Of a stretch of DNA of 64,000 nt, positions 20,491 to 30,285 are shown piece after piece; within the stretch, counting starts at the first letter, position 1, and the number at the start of each line of letters is the position of its first letter. This DNA is from Candidatus Eiseniibacteriota bacterium (GTDB taxonomy: Bacteria; Eisenbacteria; RBG-16-71-46; CAZAMP01), in assembly GCA_965224245.1 (NCBI GenBank), contig OZ245046.1:4800001-4864000 (forward strand). The letters run 5' to 3'. The position numbers and the translations under genes are program-made. The notes below the pieces were generated by a model, which made no database searches, had not been told where the DNA came from, and saw only the letters and a program-made list of their open reading frames with translations.

Positions 20491-21945
20491 CTACTCCTGG
20501 ACGAGGACCTTCAGACGCGTGCCGGCGGCGATGCGATCGGTCGCGCCGACGCCGTTCATCAGTGCCAGGCGGTCCACGTCGGCCTTCGCGAGCGCCGGGA
20601 TGGGATACGCCGCGACCAGCTCGCGGAAGCTCGCCGCCCGGTCGGCCTGGATGATCTTCACCCGGACCGGCTTCACGTTCATCGCATCCCGGTCCCGGAG
20701 CTCGCGGAAGCCGTCGGCCACCGCCGAGAACGTGCCTTCGAGCCGCGAGAACGACGCGGCGGCCGTCATGCCGTGAAACACGAACACCGACGGCCCCTTC
20801 TGGATGAACGTGGACTGGAGCTTCAGCGTCCCGTTCTGCTGTGCGACCGAGGCGACCACCCGAACGCCGGAGAAGCCACCGATCGACACGCTCCGGCGAG
20901 ACTCGACCGTGACGTTGGACGTGGCGCCGAACGCGCTCGCCGCCGCGTCGGCCGTGGACTCGGAGGCGAGCGTGAACAGGATCGCGGCGTTGCCGTCCTC
21001 GGAGACCATCTGCACCTGCGACTTCCCGTTCGCGAGCTGCCAGCCGCCGGGTACCGGAAACTGGAAGCCCAGGTCGGGGTGCTTGAACTCGCCGCCGTCC
21101 ACGAAGCCCTCGCGCGGGTTTGGCCCGAACACGATGCCGTCGATCCGCTGCAGGAAGCGATCGCGATCGGTTTCGTAGGACGGCTTGCCCACCTTCGGCT
21201 GCCACTCGGCGGTGAGCTGGAGCACGTTCTCGTACCGGCTCCCGGGGTCGGGGTGGGTGCTCGTCCACTCCGGCAGGCGCGACGCCCCGCCCGAGAGCGC
21301 GCCCAGCGTCCTGAAGAACTCGGCCATGTCGCGCGTGTCGTAGCCGATCCGGGTCGCGTACTCGACGCCCAGCGCGTCGGACTGTCGCTCGTCATCGCGG
21401 CCGAACTTCAGGAGAAGCAGCCCCGAGGCCTGCGACGCCAGCCCGGCGTAGCTCGCGAACGTCTCGCTGAGCACCGATCCGAGCCCCAGTCCGAGGCCGA
21501 AGAGGGTCTGCTGCGTCGCCTGCTGAACGCCGTGCTTGGCGGTCACGTGACCGACCTCGTGGCCGAGCACGCCGGCGAGCGCCGCTTCGGAGTCGAGATA
21601 GGCCAGGATGCCGCGAGTCACGTACACGAAGCCGCCGGGGAGCGCGAACGCGTTCACCACCGGATCGTCCAGGACCCGGATGGTGAACGCCAGCTCCGCG
21701 CGGTGGCTGACGCGGACGAGCCGCTGTCCGAGGTCGGAGACGTACGACGCGAGCGCGGGATCGTCGACGAGGCCGTACTGGGCCACGATCGCCTGATCGC
21801 TCCGCGCACCCAGCTGGACCTCCTGGGCTTCGCTCATCAGGCTGAGCTCTCGCTTGCCGGTGACCGGGTTCACGGCACAGCCGGCCACCACGGCCAGGAG
21901 CATCATCACGAGAGCCGACGCGGTCGCGGGGCGCGCGGGGATCAT
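20491..21945 (-). CDS. M48 family zinc metalloprotease lipoprotein with C-terminal LysM-like region
   Basis: Lipobox VVAG-CAVNPVTG, NAFALPGG, HEVGH, STHP. Confidence 0.9.
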   Translation of the reverse strand: MIPARPATASALVMMLLAVVAGCAVNPVTGKRELSLMSEAQEVQLGARSDQAIVAQYGLVDDPALASYVSDLGQRLVRVSHRAELAFTIRVLDDPVVNAFALPGGFVYVTRGILAYLDSEAALAGVLGHEVGHVTAKHGVQQATQQTLFGLGLGLGSVLSETFASYAGLASQASGLLLLKFGRDDERQSDALGVEYATRIGYDTRDMAEFFRTLGALSGGASRLPEWTSTHPDPGSRYENVLQLTAEWQPKVGKPSYETDRDRFLQRIDGIVFGPNPREGFVDGGEFKHPDLGFQFPVPGGWQLANGKSQVQMVSEDGNAAILFTLASESTADAAASAFGATSNVTVESRRSVSIGGFSGVRVVASVAQQNGTLKLQSTFIQKGPSVFVFHGMTAAASFSRLEGTFSAVADGFRELRDRDAMNVKPVRVKIIQADRAASFRELVAAYPIPALAKADVDRLALMNGVGATDRIAAGTRLKVLVQE

Positions 21946-22141
21946 CGGAGCCTCCAGGTGGGCACGGGTTGGACGTGTATCGAGCCGATCATGCCGCGAC
22001 CGGGGCCGCTCCGCAAGGATGGGCCCGGGGAGCCACCGCGGTCCGTCGCGGCGGTATACTTTGCCGGTGCCACGCGAGACCTCCACTCGCGTTCGGGCGA
22101 TCGCACGCGCCGCGGTCCACCCTGGAGCTCGGGGACGGTTG

Positions 22142-22741
22142 ATGGGTCTCTTCGATCGGATCGTCGTCGTCGGCACCAGTGGATCCGGCAAGACGACCCT
22201 GGCCGCCGCGATCGCCTCGCGAACGGGCGCCCCACACACCGAGATCGACGCGTTGCACTGGCGCCCGGGGTGGACGCCCGCGCCGCGCGAGGAGCTTCGG
22301 GCGGCGATCGACGCGGTCACGTCGCGATCGCGGTGGGTCGTGGACGGGAACTACGACAGCCTCCGGGACATCGTGTGGCCGCGGGCCACGCTGATCGTGT
22401 GGCTGGACTATCCGTTTCCGATCGTGTTCGCCCGCGTGGTGCGCCGGACCGTGGGGCGCATCGTTCGGCGAGACGCGCTCTTCTCCGGCAATCGCGAGAG
22501 CTTCCGCCAGTCGTTCCTGAGCCGTCACTCGATCATCCTGTGGATGCTCACGACGTTTCGGCGGCGGCGGCGGACGTACGCCGCACGGATGCGTGCCGCA
22601 TCGGCGGACGGTCCCGAGTGGTGGCGGTGCGGGCGCCCATCCGAAGCGGACCGGCTCCTCCGGTCGATCACCGACGCGATCCACGCGTCCGGGGCGCCGC
22701 CCGCAGGCGAGCCCGACGGCGCCCGGCGGGCGGGAGCCTAG
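22142..22741 (+). CDS. Adenylate kinase-like P-loop protein (FlaR/topology modulation family)
   Basis: GTSGSGKTT, IDALHWRPGW, WVVDGNY, WLDYP, GNRES. Confidence 0.85.
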   Translation: MGLFDRIVVVGTSGSGKTTLAAAIASRTGAPHTEIDALHWRPGWTPAPREELRAAIDAVTSRSRWVVDGNYDSLRDIVWPRATLIVWLDYPFPIVFARVVRRTVGRIVRRDALFSGNRESFRQSFLSRHSIILWMLTTFRRRRRTYAARMRAASADGPEWWRCGRPSEADRLLRSITDAIHASGAPPAGEPDGARRAGA

Positions 22742-24174
22742 GCCCCGGCCGCGCCCGAGCGCACGTCGCGCGAGCCGGACCGACGCCTCAGGAGAAGGCG
22801 CTGGATGCGCCGGTGTCGCTCCTCGGTCAGCGGCATCGCCCACAGGACGAGCCCTCCGGCCACGAACGTGAGCCCCACGACCGGACCGAAGATCAGCGCG
22901 AGCCGCCAGGCCACCTCGGGCGACTGCGTGATCGCGGTCCGGTCGAACCCGATCCCGCTCAGGAGATAGCCGGACATCAAGAGCCCGAGCGCCCGCGCCA
23001 GCTTCGTCGACATCTTCCAGACGCCGAAGTAGAGCCCCTCGCGGTTGAGCCCGGTCCGGAGCTTGTCGTAGTCGACCGTGTCGGCCACCAGCGAGTCCAG
23101 GAGCACGATGGACGACCCGAAGAACCCCCCGAGCACGGCCGTGATCATCGGCCCCAGCACGCTCCCCGGCGGGAGCGCCGGGTAGAGGATCGTCGTCATC
23201 GCGCCCAGCCCGAGGACCCCGAGAATCGCCGGCGTCTTCTTCCCCTTCCGGCGGGAGACCCGGACCCAGAACGGGATGCACACGAGGAACGTCGCGAAGA
23301 ACGGGAGGAGCACCGCGAACACGGTGCGCTCCTCACCGAGCCCGAGCCGGTAGTCGTAGTAGTAGAGCGCGATCGACGCGTTGACGGCGCGGCCGACGCC
23401 GGCGATCACGAACGCGACCAGCAGCGGCAGGAACACCGGGTTTCGAAACGCCGAGCGCTGCTGACGGAACGTGTCGACGAGGTGTCGCCACACCGAGCGA
23501 CCGGTCGCGGGGTGCGTGGCGGCCTCGTCGTCACGTCCCCGCGTGGCCCGGAACGACCACGCCGCGGTGGCGATGAGGACCGGCGCGATCACGACGCTGG
23601 CGAGGCTCCGCGAGCGCGCGACGGCGCCGGGCTCGGACTCGCCGCCCAGCGTGCCCAGGATCACGGCCGGAAGCACGGTGCCGACCACGAGCCCCAGCGC
23701 CCCAAAGACCCGGCGGGAGGCGTAGATCGACGTGCGTTCGTGCCGGTCGAACGACAGCTCCGCGCCGAGCGATGCGTGCGGCACCCCGATCACGGTGGTC
23801 GCGGTGTTCAGGATCAGATAGGACGAGAGCAGGTAGAAGAACAGCGCCGAGCGCCCGGTGAGGGCGGGCGGATTGTAGATCGCGATGAAGGCCAGGCTCA
23901 GCGCGATCGCGCCGGGCAGGAAGTACGGCCGGCGACGGCCGTGCCGCGTCTCGGTCCGGTCGGAGATGGTGCCCATGATCGGATCGGAGATCGCGTCCCA
24001 CACGATGGCGATCGCCAGAGCCAGACCCGTGTAGAACGGCGGCAATCCGGCCACCGTGTTGTAGAACTTGAGCAGGTAGACCTGGAGCAGGATCTCGATC
24101 GCCTCTATTCCGAGCTCCACCGAGCCGTACCCGAGCTTCGTCGCCCGACTGAGTCGACGCGACTCCTCGGTCAC
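22738..24174 (-). CDS. Glycoside-pentoside-hexuronide (MelB-like) MFS transporter
   Basis: WDAISDPIMGTISD, GRRRPY, DTVDYD, REGLYFG; 12 TM. Confidence 0.9.
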   Translation of the reverse strand: MTEESRRLSRATKLGYGSVELGIEAIEILLQVYLLKFYNTVAGLPPFYTGLALAIAIVWDAISDPIMGTISDRTETRHGRRRPYFLPGAIALSLAFIAIYNPPALTGRSALFFYLLSSYLILNTATTVIGVPHASLGAELSFDRHERTSIYASRRVFGALGLVVGTVLPAVILGTLGGESEPGAVARSRSLASVVIAPVLIATAAWSFRATRGRDDEAATHPATGRSVWRHLVDTFRQQRSAFRNPVFLPLLVAFVIAGVGRAVNASIALYYYDYRLGLGEERTVFAVLLPFFATFLVCIPFWVRVSRRKGKKTPAILGVLGLGAMTTILYPALPPGSVLGPMITAVLGGFFGSSIVLLDSLVADTVDYDKLRTGLNREGLYFGVWKMSTKLARALGLLMSGYLLSGIGFDRTAITQSPEVAWRLALIFGPVVGLTFVAGGLVLWAMPLTEERHRRIQRLLLRRRSGSRDVRSGAAGA

Positions 24175-25361
24175 CGATCGAGCGTCCGCGTGGCGAGGTC
24201 CGAGAGGCGCGCGGCGGCGGCGATCAGATCCGGGATGTCCGCGTTGCCGACGGCGACGCGGAGCGCCCGTCCCTCGCGCGAACCGAAGGGCGACCCCGGC
24301 AGGACGAGAACGCCGGCCGACGTGGCCAGCTCCCGCGCGAACGTCGGGGCGTCGAGATCCGGCGCACGGTCACCGGCGACGACGTAGGCGAAGAACGCGC
24401 CGGCGCTCTCCACCCGGAGGGGCGCGCCGCTCCCGGCGAGCGCATCCACGAACGCCTCCACGCGACGTCCGATCTCCCGCCGGCGATCCGAGAGCCAGCC
24501 GTCCAGGTCGGGCCACTCGAGCGCCGCCTCGACGGCGAGCTGGGAGGCCCGGGGTGCGCACACGACCTGCGCGTCCTGCACCTTGAGACACGCGGCGATC
24601 ACGTGGGGGTGCGCGGCGATGTAGCCGACCCGGTAGCCGGCCATGGCCAGGGACTTGGAGTACGTGCCGACGACGGCCGCGTGCTCGGGCCAGCCGTCGC
24701 GCGACATCAGCGTGATCGGCGGTCGACCGATCGGGTGGAACTCCAGATACGTCTCGTCGACGACCAGCCGGACGTCCTCCGCGCGACACCGCTCGTCCAG
24801 GACGGACAGCTCGCGCGGCGCGAGCGCGCGCCCGGTCGGGTTGCCCGGGTTGACCACCACCAGCACGCCACCCGGCGGCGCGGGCATCGGCGTGTCCGGC
24901 CCGAGAACGCCGTCGAGGCCGGCGGGCGCCGGTCGCCACTCGGCGACGCGCCCGCCGAGAAGCTCGACCGACATCGCGTGGTTGAAGTAGTACGGCGTCA
25001 TGAGCGTCACGGTGTCGCCCGGATCGACGACCGCGTGCGCGAGCGTATGAAATGCCGAGTTGGCGCCGGGGGTGATCAGCACGTGATCGGCTGTGATCGA
25101 GGCGTCGTGGCGCCGGACGAGATCGGCGGCCACCCTCTCGCGAAGCGAGTCGAGGCCGGGGTCGGGCGTGTAGCGCGACGCCGAGGGGTCGTCCGCCGCC
25201 GCGCGCAGCGCATCCCGCGCCGGCGGCGGAGGTGCGTATGACGGCAGCGCCTGACTGAGATCGATCACGTCATCCCGGCCGCCCAGCGCGGACGCGATGC
25301 TCCGCTTGAACTCGACGATGGGGGGCGCGATCACGGGCGTCGTGCGCGCGGCGGTCTTCAT
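24171..25361 (-). CDS. PLP-dependent aminotransferase class I/II
   Basis: DLSQA, PYYFNH, NPGNPTG, DETY, SKSLAMAGYRVG, LPGSPF. Confidence 0.88.
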   Translation of the reverse strand: MKTAARTTPVIAPPIVEFKRSIASALGGRDDVIDLSQALPSYAPPPPARDALRAAADDPSASRYTPDPGLDSLRERVAADLVRRHDASITADHVLITPGANSAFHTLAHAVVDPGDTVTLMTPYYFNHAMSVELLGGRVAEWRPAPAGLDGVLGPDTPMPAPPGGVLVVVNPGNPTGRALAPRELSVLDERCRAEDVRLVVDETYLEFHPIGRPPITLMSRDGWPEHAAVVGTYSKSLAMAGYRVGYIAAHPHVIAACLKVQDAQVVCAPRASQLAVEAALEWPDLDGWLSDRRREIGRRVEAFVDALAGSGAPLRVESAGAFFAYVVAGDRAPDLDAPTFARELATSAGVLVLPGSPFGSREGRALRVAVGNADIPDLIAAAARLSDLATRTLDR

Positions 25362-25411
25362 CGATCGCGCTCCTCGTGACGATCGTGGCGGCGCTCGGCG
25401 GCGCCATGATA

Positions 25412-26026
25412 TCACTCGCGCGATCGTGTGCCGACGTCCTCCGGGAGCCACCGGGAAGTACCCGTCCGTGTCGTGTACGCGCACGCCGGTACCGCATCCG
25501 GCGAGGCCGCGCCCGTCGCGCACTCGTGCTCGAAGCGCCACTCCACGAGCGGCCGATCGGCGTGCTCGCCGGCATCGTCCAGGTACGTGGTCAGCCCGAA
25601 GTCGGGGGTGCACCACCACCAGTCCACGTCCTCGATCCCGGTGCCCGCGCTGGCTGCTCCGATCATCTGCTGATAGCGGATGACCAGTCCGCGCAGGTAG
25701 TGCGCGGGTCGCTGGCCGATCGGGGTGGAGTCGTACGCGATCATCGCGAGGAGGCCGCCCCGGAAGTCGAGCCGCACCTCGACGCGCTCACCGAGGAGAA
25801 TCGTCGCGAACGTCCAGCCCTCGCCGCCGTAGCCACGCGACGCGAACGCGCGCGCGACCTCCTCCTCGGTGCTGCCCAGGGGCGCGATGGCCGGGAGCAA
25901 CAGGAGATCGGTCTCGGTCAGGGGCGGGACGCCGGACCCGCCCGACACGTGCTCGGCCTCGCAGCCCACGCCGGCGGCCAGGGTGAGGGCCAGCGTCGCC
26001 ACGGTTCGTGGGGTCCGGATGGTCAT
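25412..26026 (-). CDS. Hypothetical lipoprotein
   Basis: MTIRTPRTVATLALTLAAGVG-C lipobox; no recognisable domain; C-terminal part uncertain. Confidence 0.55.
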   Translation of the reverse strand: MTIRTPRTVATLALTLAAGVGCEAEHVSGGSGVPPLTETDLLLLPAIAPLGSTEEEVARAFASRGYGGEGWTFATILLGERVEVRLDFRGGLLAMIAYDSTPIGQRPAHYLRGLVIRYQQMIGAASAGTGIEDVDWWWCTPDFGLTTYLDDAGEHADRPLVEWRFEHECATGAASPDAVPACAYTTRTGTSRWLPEDVGTRSRE

Positions 26027-26065
26027 GAAGGCGCTCGAAGTGGTTGCCGGAACGCGATGACGACA

Positions 26066-26101
26066 CGGGGAGCCGGCCCCTCGATGGGCGCCGGCTCCCC
26101 G
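26066..26101 (-). terminator. Stem-loop downstream of the thioredoxin-TPR gene
   Basis: CGGGGAGCCGGC...GCCGGCTCCCCG 12-bp stem; no clear U tract. Confidence 0.45.
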
Positions 26102-26127
26102 GGCATCACACGTTCGCGACGAGGGTG

Positions 26128-27315
26128 TCAGCCCTGGTCGGTCAGGATCTTCTGGAAGCGCTCCAGCTGCTCGGCGTAGTACTCGTTGTCCGGATCGTCG
26201 GCGATCGCCTTCTCGATCCACTCGATCGCCTCGCCGCAGTTGCCGAGCGCGTTGCAGAGCTCGGCCAGCGTGTCGAGAACCATCGCGCGCTCGGCGCCGG
26301 CCGGGGACAGCTCCACGCCGCGCTTGGCCAGCTCCTGCGCCTTCTCGAGCTTCACACCGTTCTCGAAGCACCACCAGGCCACCGAGTTCAGTGAGCTGCC
26401 GGTGTTCTCCCAGCCCTCGGGCATCGTGGCCACGTGAAGCTCGTAGGCCTTGTCACCGTTCCTCTCCACGTGAAGCGCGTGCTCGACCTGGAAGTGCTGG
26501 TGGTAGCGGGACAGCGACTCGTCGTCCCTGGTGGCCTCGAGCGCCCGGGTGATGAACGGGACGTACTGCGTATCGGTGTCCTCGGCCATCCGCCCCATCG
26601 TCATGACGACGTTGGCGATCGTTCGCGCATCGGGGTCGGCGGCCATGACCACCTGGGCCTGCTCGAACAGCGCGGTGCCGGTGTAGAGCCCCCGCGACGC
26701 GCCGCGGGACAGCGACTCGAAGATCATCGCATCGTAGTCGTGCTCGGTCGTGGTCGCGAGCTCGGCGGCGCGCCGGAAGTAAGCGATGGCCTCGGCCGGA
26801 TAGCCGCTGGCCTCGCGGATCGAACCGATCTTGCGCGCGTCGGCCTCGGTCTGCTCCTTGCCGAAGCGCCGCTCGCGAGCGCGGAGCGTCATCGCGTCGG
26901 CGAGGCGCTCGTTCGTGCTCTCGACGAACTCGGCCACGTTGCCGTAGCCGAGCCAGCGGTCCATGGTCTCGGCGTCGCCGTTGGTCAGGATGAACGTCGG
27001 ATAGCTGGTGACGTTTCGGGCGCGCGCGATCTCGCGGCCGAGCTCGTCGGCCTCGGCGTCCAGCTTCAGCAACACGACGTTGTCGGTCAGGTACGACTGC
27101 ATGGTGGCGTCCTCGTTCACCGCACGGGCGAACCTCTTACAGGAGCCTCACCACGCGGTGCCGAGCTCGATCAGAATCGGCTTCTCATTCTCGGCGGAGA
27201 GCGTCTTGGCTTCCTCGAGCGATGTGGCTCCGAGGCCAAAGGCCGGGCTCGCGCCCAGCGCGACCGCGAGCGCCAGCGTTCCGACCACGCGGCCGGAGCG
27301 AACGTTCAACATCAT
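26128..27315 (-). CDS. Exported thioredoxin-fold + TPR protein, probable selenoprotein (Sec at UGA 27150-27148)
   Basis: ORFs 27148..27333 and 26128..27120 are in one frame, separated by a single TGA: KPILIELGTAW-U-GSCKRF...LKLDAE...VTSYPTFIL (cis-Pro loop), then TPRs; signal peptide at N-terminus. Confidence 0.85.
27106..27147 (-). promoter_or_regulatory. Putative bacterial SECIS element
   Basis: Immediately 3' of the UGA: GGCUCCU...GUUCGCC-CGUGC-GGUGAAC...AGGACGCC hairpin; apical loop begins 22 nt after the UGA. Confidence 0.6.
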
Positions 27316-27688
27316 CTTCCATCCTTTGGTCACGGTCCGCCGGATTGCGAACCGCCGTTACGAGTGTCGAACACATTGGACCCGATCTCGACCCGCCGGT
27401 CACTCTCCCCCCGGCCGGCGCCGGGACCCGAGATCGTCACATGCGGGTATGATGACATACTTCATTCGTCCTCGGGTGATGGCAGCGCCGAGGCGGGGAA
27501 TTGTATGCAGCGGCGGCCGTGTACGGACGGCCGGGGGCGGTTTTGGCGCTCGTCCGGAGGCCCGGGAGTCTCCGTCCGGGGGCTTCCTGGTGCGGTCAGG
27601 GGGCCTCTGATACCATTGCGACATCACACCGTCTCGAGGAGGGCTCGCGCCGGGGCCCGTCGAGACGGGCGCGTTTCCTGGAGGCGTC

Positions 27689-28534
27689 GTGGCATTCTCG
27701 ACCAAGGTCCCTGCGGGGTTCCGGTCCTTCGCGAGGCAAATCGATCGGTGTGTCGATCCGCTGGAAGCCGCCATCGCGCTGGACGAGGCGTTCCACCCGG
27801 ATCTGGACAGCTCCGACACGCGCGCCGAGGTCGACTCGCTGGCGGGCGAGCTCGCCCCGCGCATCCGGGACGCGTACGACGCGGCCACGCGTCTGGAACG
27901 CCTGGGCGAGTTCCTGGGTCAAGAGGCCGGCTTCCGCGGTGAGCGCCGCGGATACGAGGACGCGGACAACTCCTTCGTCCACCGCGTCCTGGAGACGCGG
28001 CGCGGCCTTCCGATCACGCTCTCGGCGGTGTACGTGTCGGTCGCCCTCCGCCTGGACGTGTCGGCCGTCGGGATCTCGCTGCCCGGGCACTTCGTGGTCG
28101 GCCAGCTCGACAGCGCCCCTCCCACGTTCGTGGATCCGTTCCGGAGCGGCCAGCCCATCGCGAAGGAGGGCTGCGACCGCATCGTGCGCGAGGTCACGCG
28201 TGGCGAGGTGCTGACCGCCGACCGGTTCCTCAAGCCCACGTCGCCGCGGACGTTCCTGACCCGGATGCTCAACAACCTGCAGATGGTGTACTGGCGCTCG
28301 CGTCACGACGACCGCAGCTTGCTCTCGGCGCGTCTCCTGTGTGTGCTGAACCCCGAGTCGCCCGACGCGTTCAAGGCGCGGGCCTACTCGTACGATCGAA
28401 TCGGCGACGTCTCCTCGGCGCTGTCCGACTACGAGGTCTACCTGCGCAGCGCGCCCGACTCTGCCGAGGCCGACCGGATCCGCCGGCGCGTGACCCTCCT
28501 GAAGTCGGCGGCCCGCGGCAGCGATCCTCGTTGA
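27689..28534 (+). CDS. SirB1 family transglutaminase-like/TPR protein
   Basis: RRGLPITLS, PGHFVV, FVDPF, RMLNNL, C-terminal TPR. Confidence 0.85.
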   Translation: MAFSTKVPAGFRSFARQIDRCVDPLEAAIALDEAFHPDLDSSDTRAEVDSLAGELAPRIRDAYDAATRLERLGEFLGQEAGFRGERRGYEDADNSFVHRVLETRRGLPITLSAVYVSVALRLDVSAVGISLPGHFVVGQLDSAPPTFVDPFRSGQPIAKEGCDRIVREVTRGEVLTADRFLKPTSPRTFLTRMLNNLQMVYWRSRHDDRSLLSARLLCVLNPESPDAFKARAYSYDRIGDVSSALSDYEVYLRSAPDSAEADRIRRRVTLLKSAARGSDPR

Positions 28535-28743
28535 CGCGTGGCCGGCACTGCCGGCCATGGTCGCAAGTGACTGGGATCATGTATACATACGCGCGTCTGC
28601 GTTGGCAGCCGGCCGAGGCCCGTGATATGGTCGAGATCTCCCTCTAGCGCACCCTGTCGCCTCGTCGCTCGTGCACGTTGGCCCGACGGCCCCCCTCTCC
28701 GCGACCGGAAGGTGGGGAGCCACCCGCAAGGAGGCTTCGAGAG

Positions 28744-30285
28744 ATGCACCGCTACCCCGGACGATTTCAGGCACTCACGGGGATCGTGACGGCGTTGCTC
28801 GTCACCGCGACCGCGGCATGGTCGGAGACGATCGACGTACCCGGCGACTTCGACACGCTCGACGAGGCCGTCGCCGGCGCCTCGGCGGGCGACGTCATTC
28901 GCGTCGCCGACGGGACGTACTATCCGGAGGTCACGATCACGATCCCGCTGACGATCACGTCGGTCAACGGCGCCGGGACCACGATCCTCGACGGTCAGCT
29001 GTCCCACCGCGTGTTCGACGACGTCACCGCCGACCTCACGCTCGTCGGCTTCACGGTCCAGAACGCCGGCGAGGGTGCACTCTCCGGCTACGCCTACGCG
29101 GGTGGTGCGCTGCGTGCCCGGTCGTCGGCGACGATCGTGGTCGAGGACTGCGTCTTCACCGGCTGTCGCGCCGGCAAGGGCGGCGCCATCTGGAGCGAGG
29201 GCCCGCTCACGGTGCGCCGGACCACCTTCGACGATTGCGGCTCGGGGTATCAGTTCCCCGGATCGGGCCTCGAGGGGGGCGGCGTCCACGTGCGCGCGCC
29301 GACCGCGCTGATCGAGGATTGCAGGTTCATCAACAGCCGTGCGTATCGCGGCTCCGGGGTGTTCGCGTTCGCCGAGCTCACCGCCGTCCGGAGCGATTTC
29401 GCCGATCTGTGGTCGAACTCCAGCGGGGGCGGAATCTTCCACGTCGGCACTGGCACACAGATGCTCGTCGTCGAGGACTGTCACTTCGAGGCGAATCACG
29501 CCGGTTCGGGGGGCGGGCTGTCCAGCAACTCGTCGGGCCTGCGCACGGTTCGCGGGTGCGAGTTTCGCGAGAACGAGGGCGGTCAGGTCGGCGGCGGGAT
29601 CGCCATCTCGTTGAACGGTGCCGTGACGATCGAGGACTGTACGTTCGTGGACAACGTCGCGCTGCAGCAGGGCGGCGGCGGAGCGTTCATCTACCAGGTC
29701 CTCGAAGGCGTGACTGTTCGCGACTGCTACTTCCGAGGCAACTCCGCAGATGATCTCGAGGACATCAACGCCGGCGGCGGCGCACTCTGGCTCGCCGAGA
29801 ACGCATCGGGACACGGAGTCGACGTCCAGGACTGCACGTTCGTCGAGAACGTGGCCGCGCGCGGGTCGGTGGCCATGATCCAGAAGCTCGCGTCGGGCAC
29901 GGAGTTCCCGCGGTTTGCGCGCTGCATCTTCGCCTACAACCAGTCGTTCAGCGGCGGCTCGGTCTACAACATCTACTCCTGCGGCATTCCGGGTACGCCC
30001 GGGGCCCCCACGGCCTCGACGTCGTGCTCGGTGTTCTTCTCGAACTCGCCGAGCGATCAGTTCTGTGGCACCGACGTCGGTGACAACGCGATCATCGACC
30101 CGGCGCGAATCGAGTCTCCGCTGTTCTGCGACGACAACTACGACTCGATCTGCGCCGACTCCATCGCGAGCGAGATCTTCTGCGGTCCGGTGGGCGGACT
30201 TCCGATGTGCGGCGAGTGTCTCGTGCCGATCGAGGCGTCCTCGTGGGGTCGCATCAAGAGTCGATACCGCTCCACCGGCGAATGA
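28744..30285 (+). CDS. Secreted right-handed beta-helix (pectin lyase-like) protein with SWGRIKSRY tail
   Basis: Signal peptide, IDVPGDFDTLDEAV, repeated EDCxFxxN..GGG, Cys-rich end, VPIEASSWGRIKSRY. Confidence 0.85.
   Translation: MHRYPGRFQALTGIVTALLVTATAAWSETIDVPGDFDTLDEAVAGASAGDVIRVADGTYYPEVTITIPLTITSVNGAGTTILDGQLSHRVFDDVTADLTLVGFTVQNAGEGALSGYAYAGGALRARSSATIVVEDCVFTGCRAGKGGAIWSEGPLTVRRTTFDDCGSGYQFPGSGLEGGGVHVRAPTALIEDCRFINSRAYRGSGVFAFAELTAVRSDFADLWSNSSGGGIFHVGTGTQMLVVEDCHFEANHAGSGGGLSSNSSGLRTVRGCEFRENEGGQVGGGIAISLNGAVTIEDCTFVDNVALQQGGGGAFIYQVLEGVTVRDCYFRGNSADDLEDINAGGGALWLAENASGHGVDVQDCTFVENVAARGSVAMIQKLASGTEFPRFARCIFAYNQSFSGGSVYNIYSCGIPGTPGAPTASTSCSVFFSNSPSDQFCGTDVGDNAIIDPARIESPLFCDDNYDSICADSIASEIFCGPVGGLPMCGECLVPIEASSWGRIKSRYRSTGE

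Noticed and set aside
19534-24387. 1617-aa plus-strand ORF, and similar giant ORFs at 32796-36002, 14740-17565 and 57411-60356
   Set aside because: Stop-poor shadow frames typical of high GC; they overlap well-supported genes and have no motifs
27148-27150. Genome-wide UGA recoding (Trp/Gly)
   Set aside because: dnaA, gyrA, gyrB and others terminate at TGA at the expected positions
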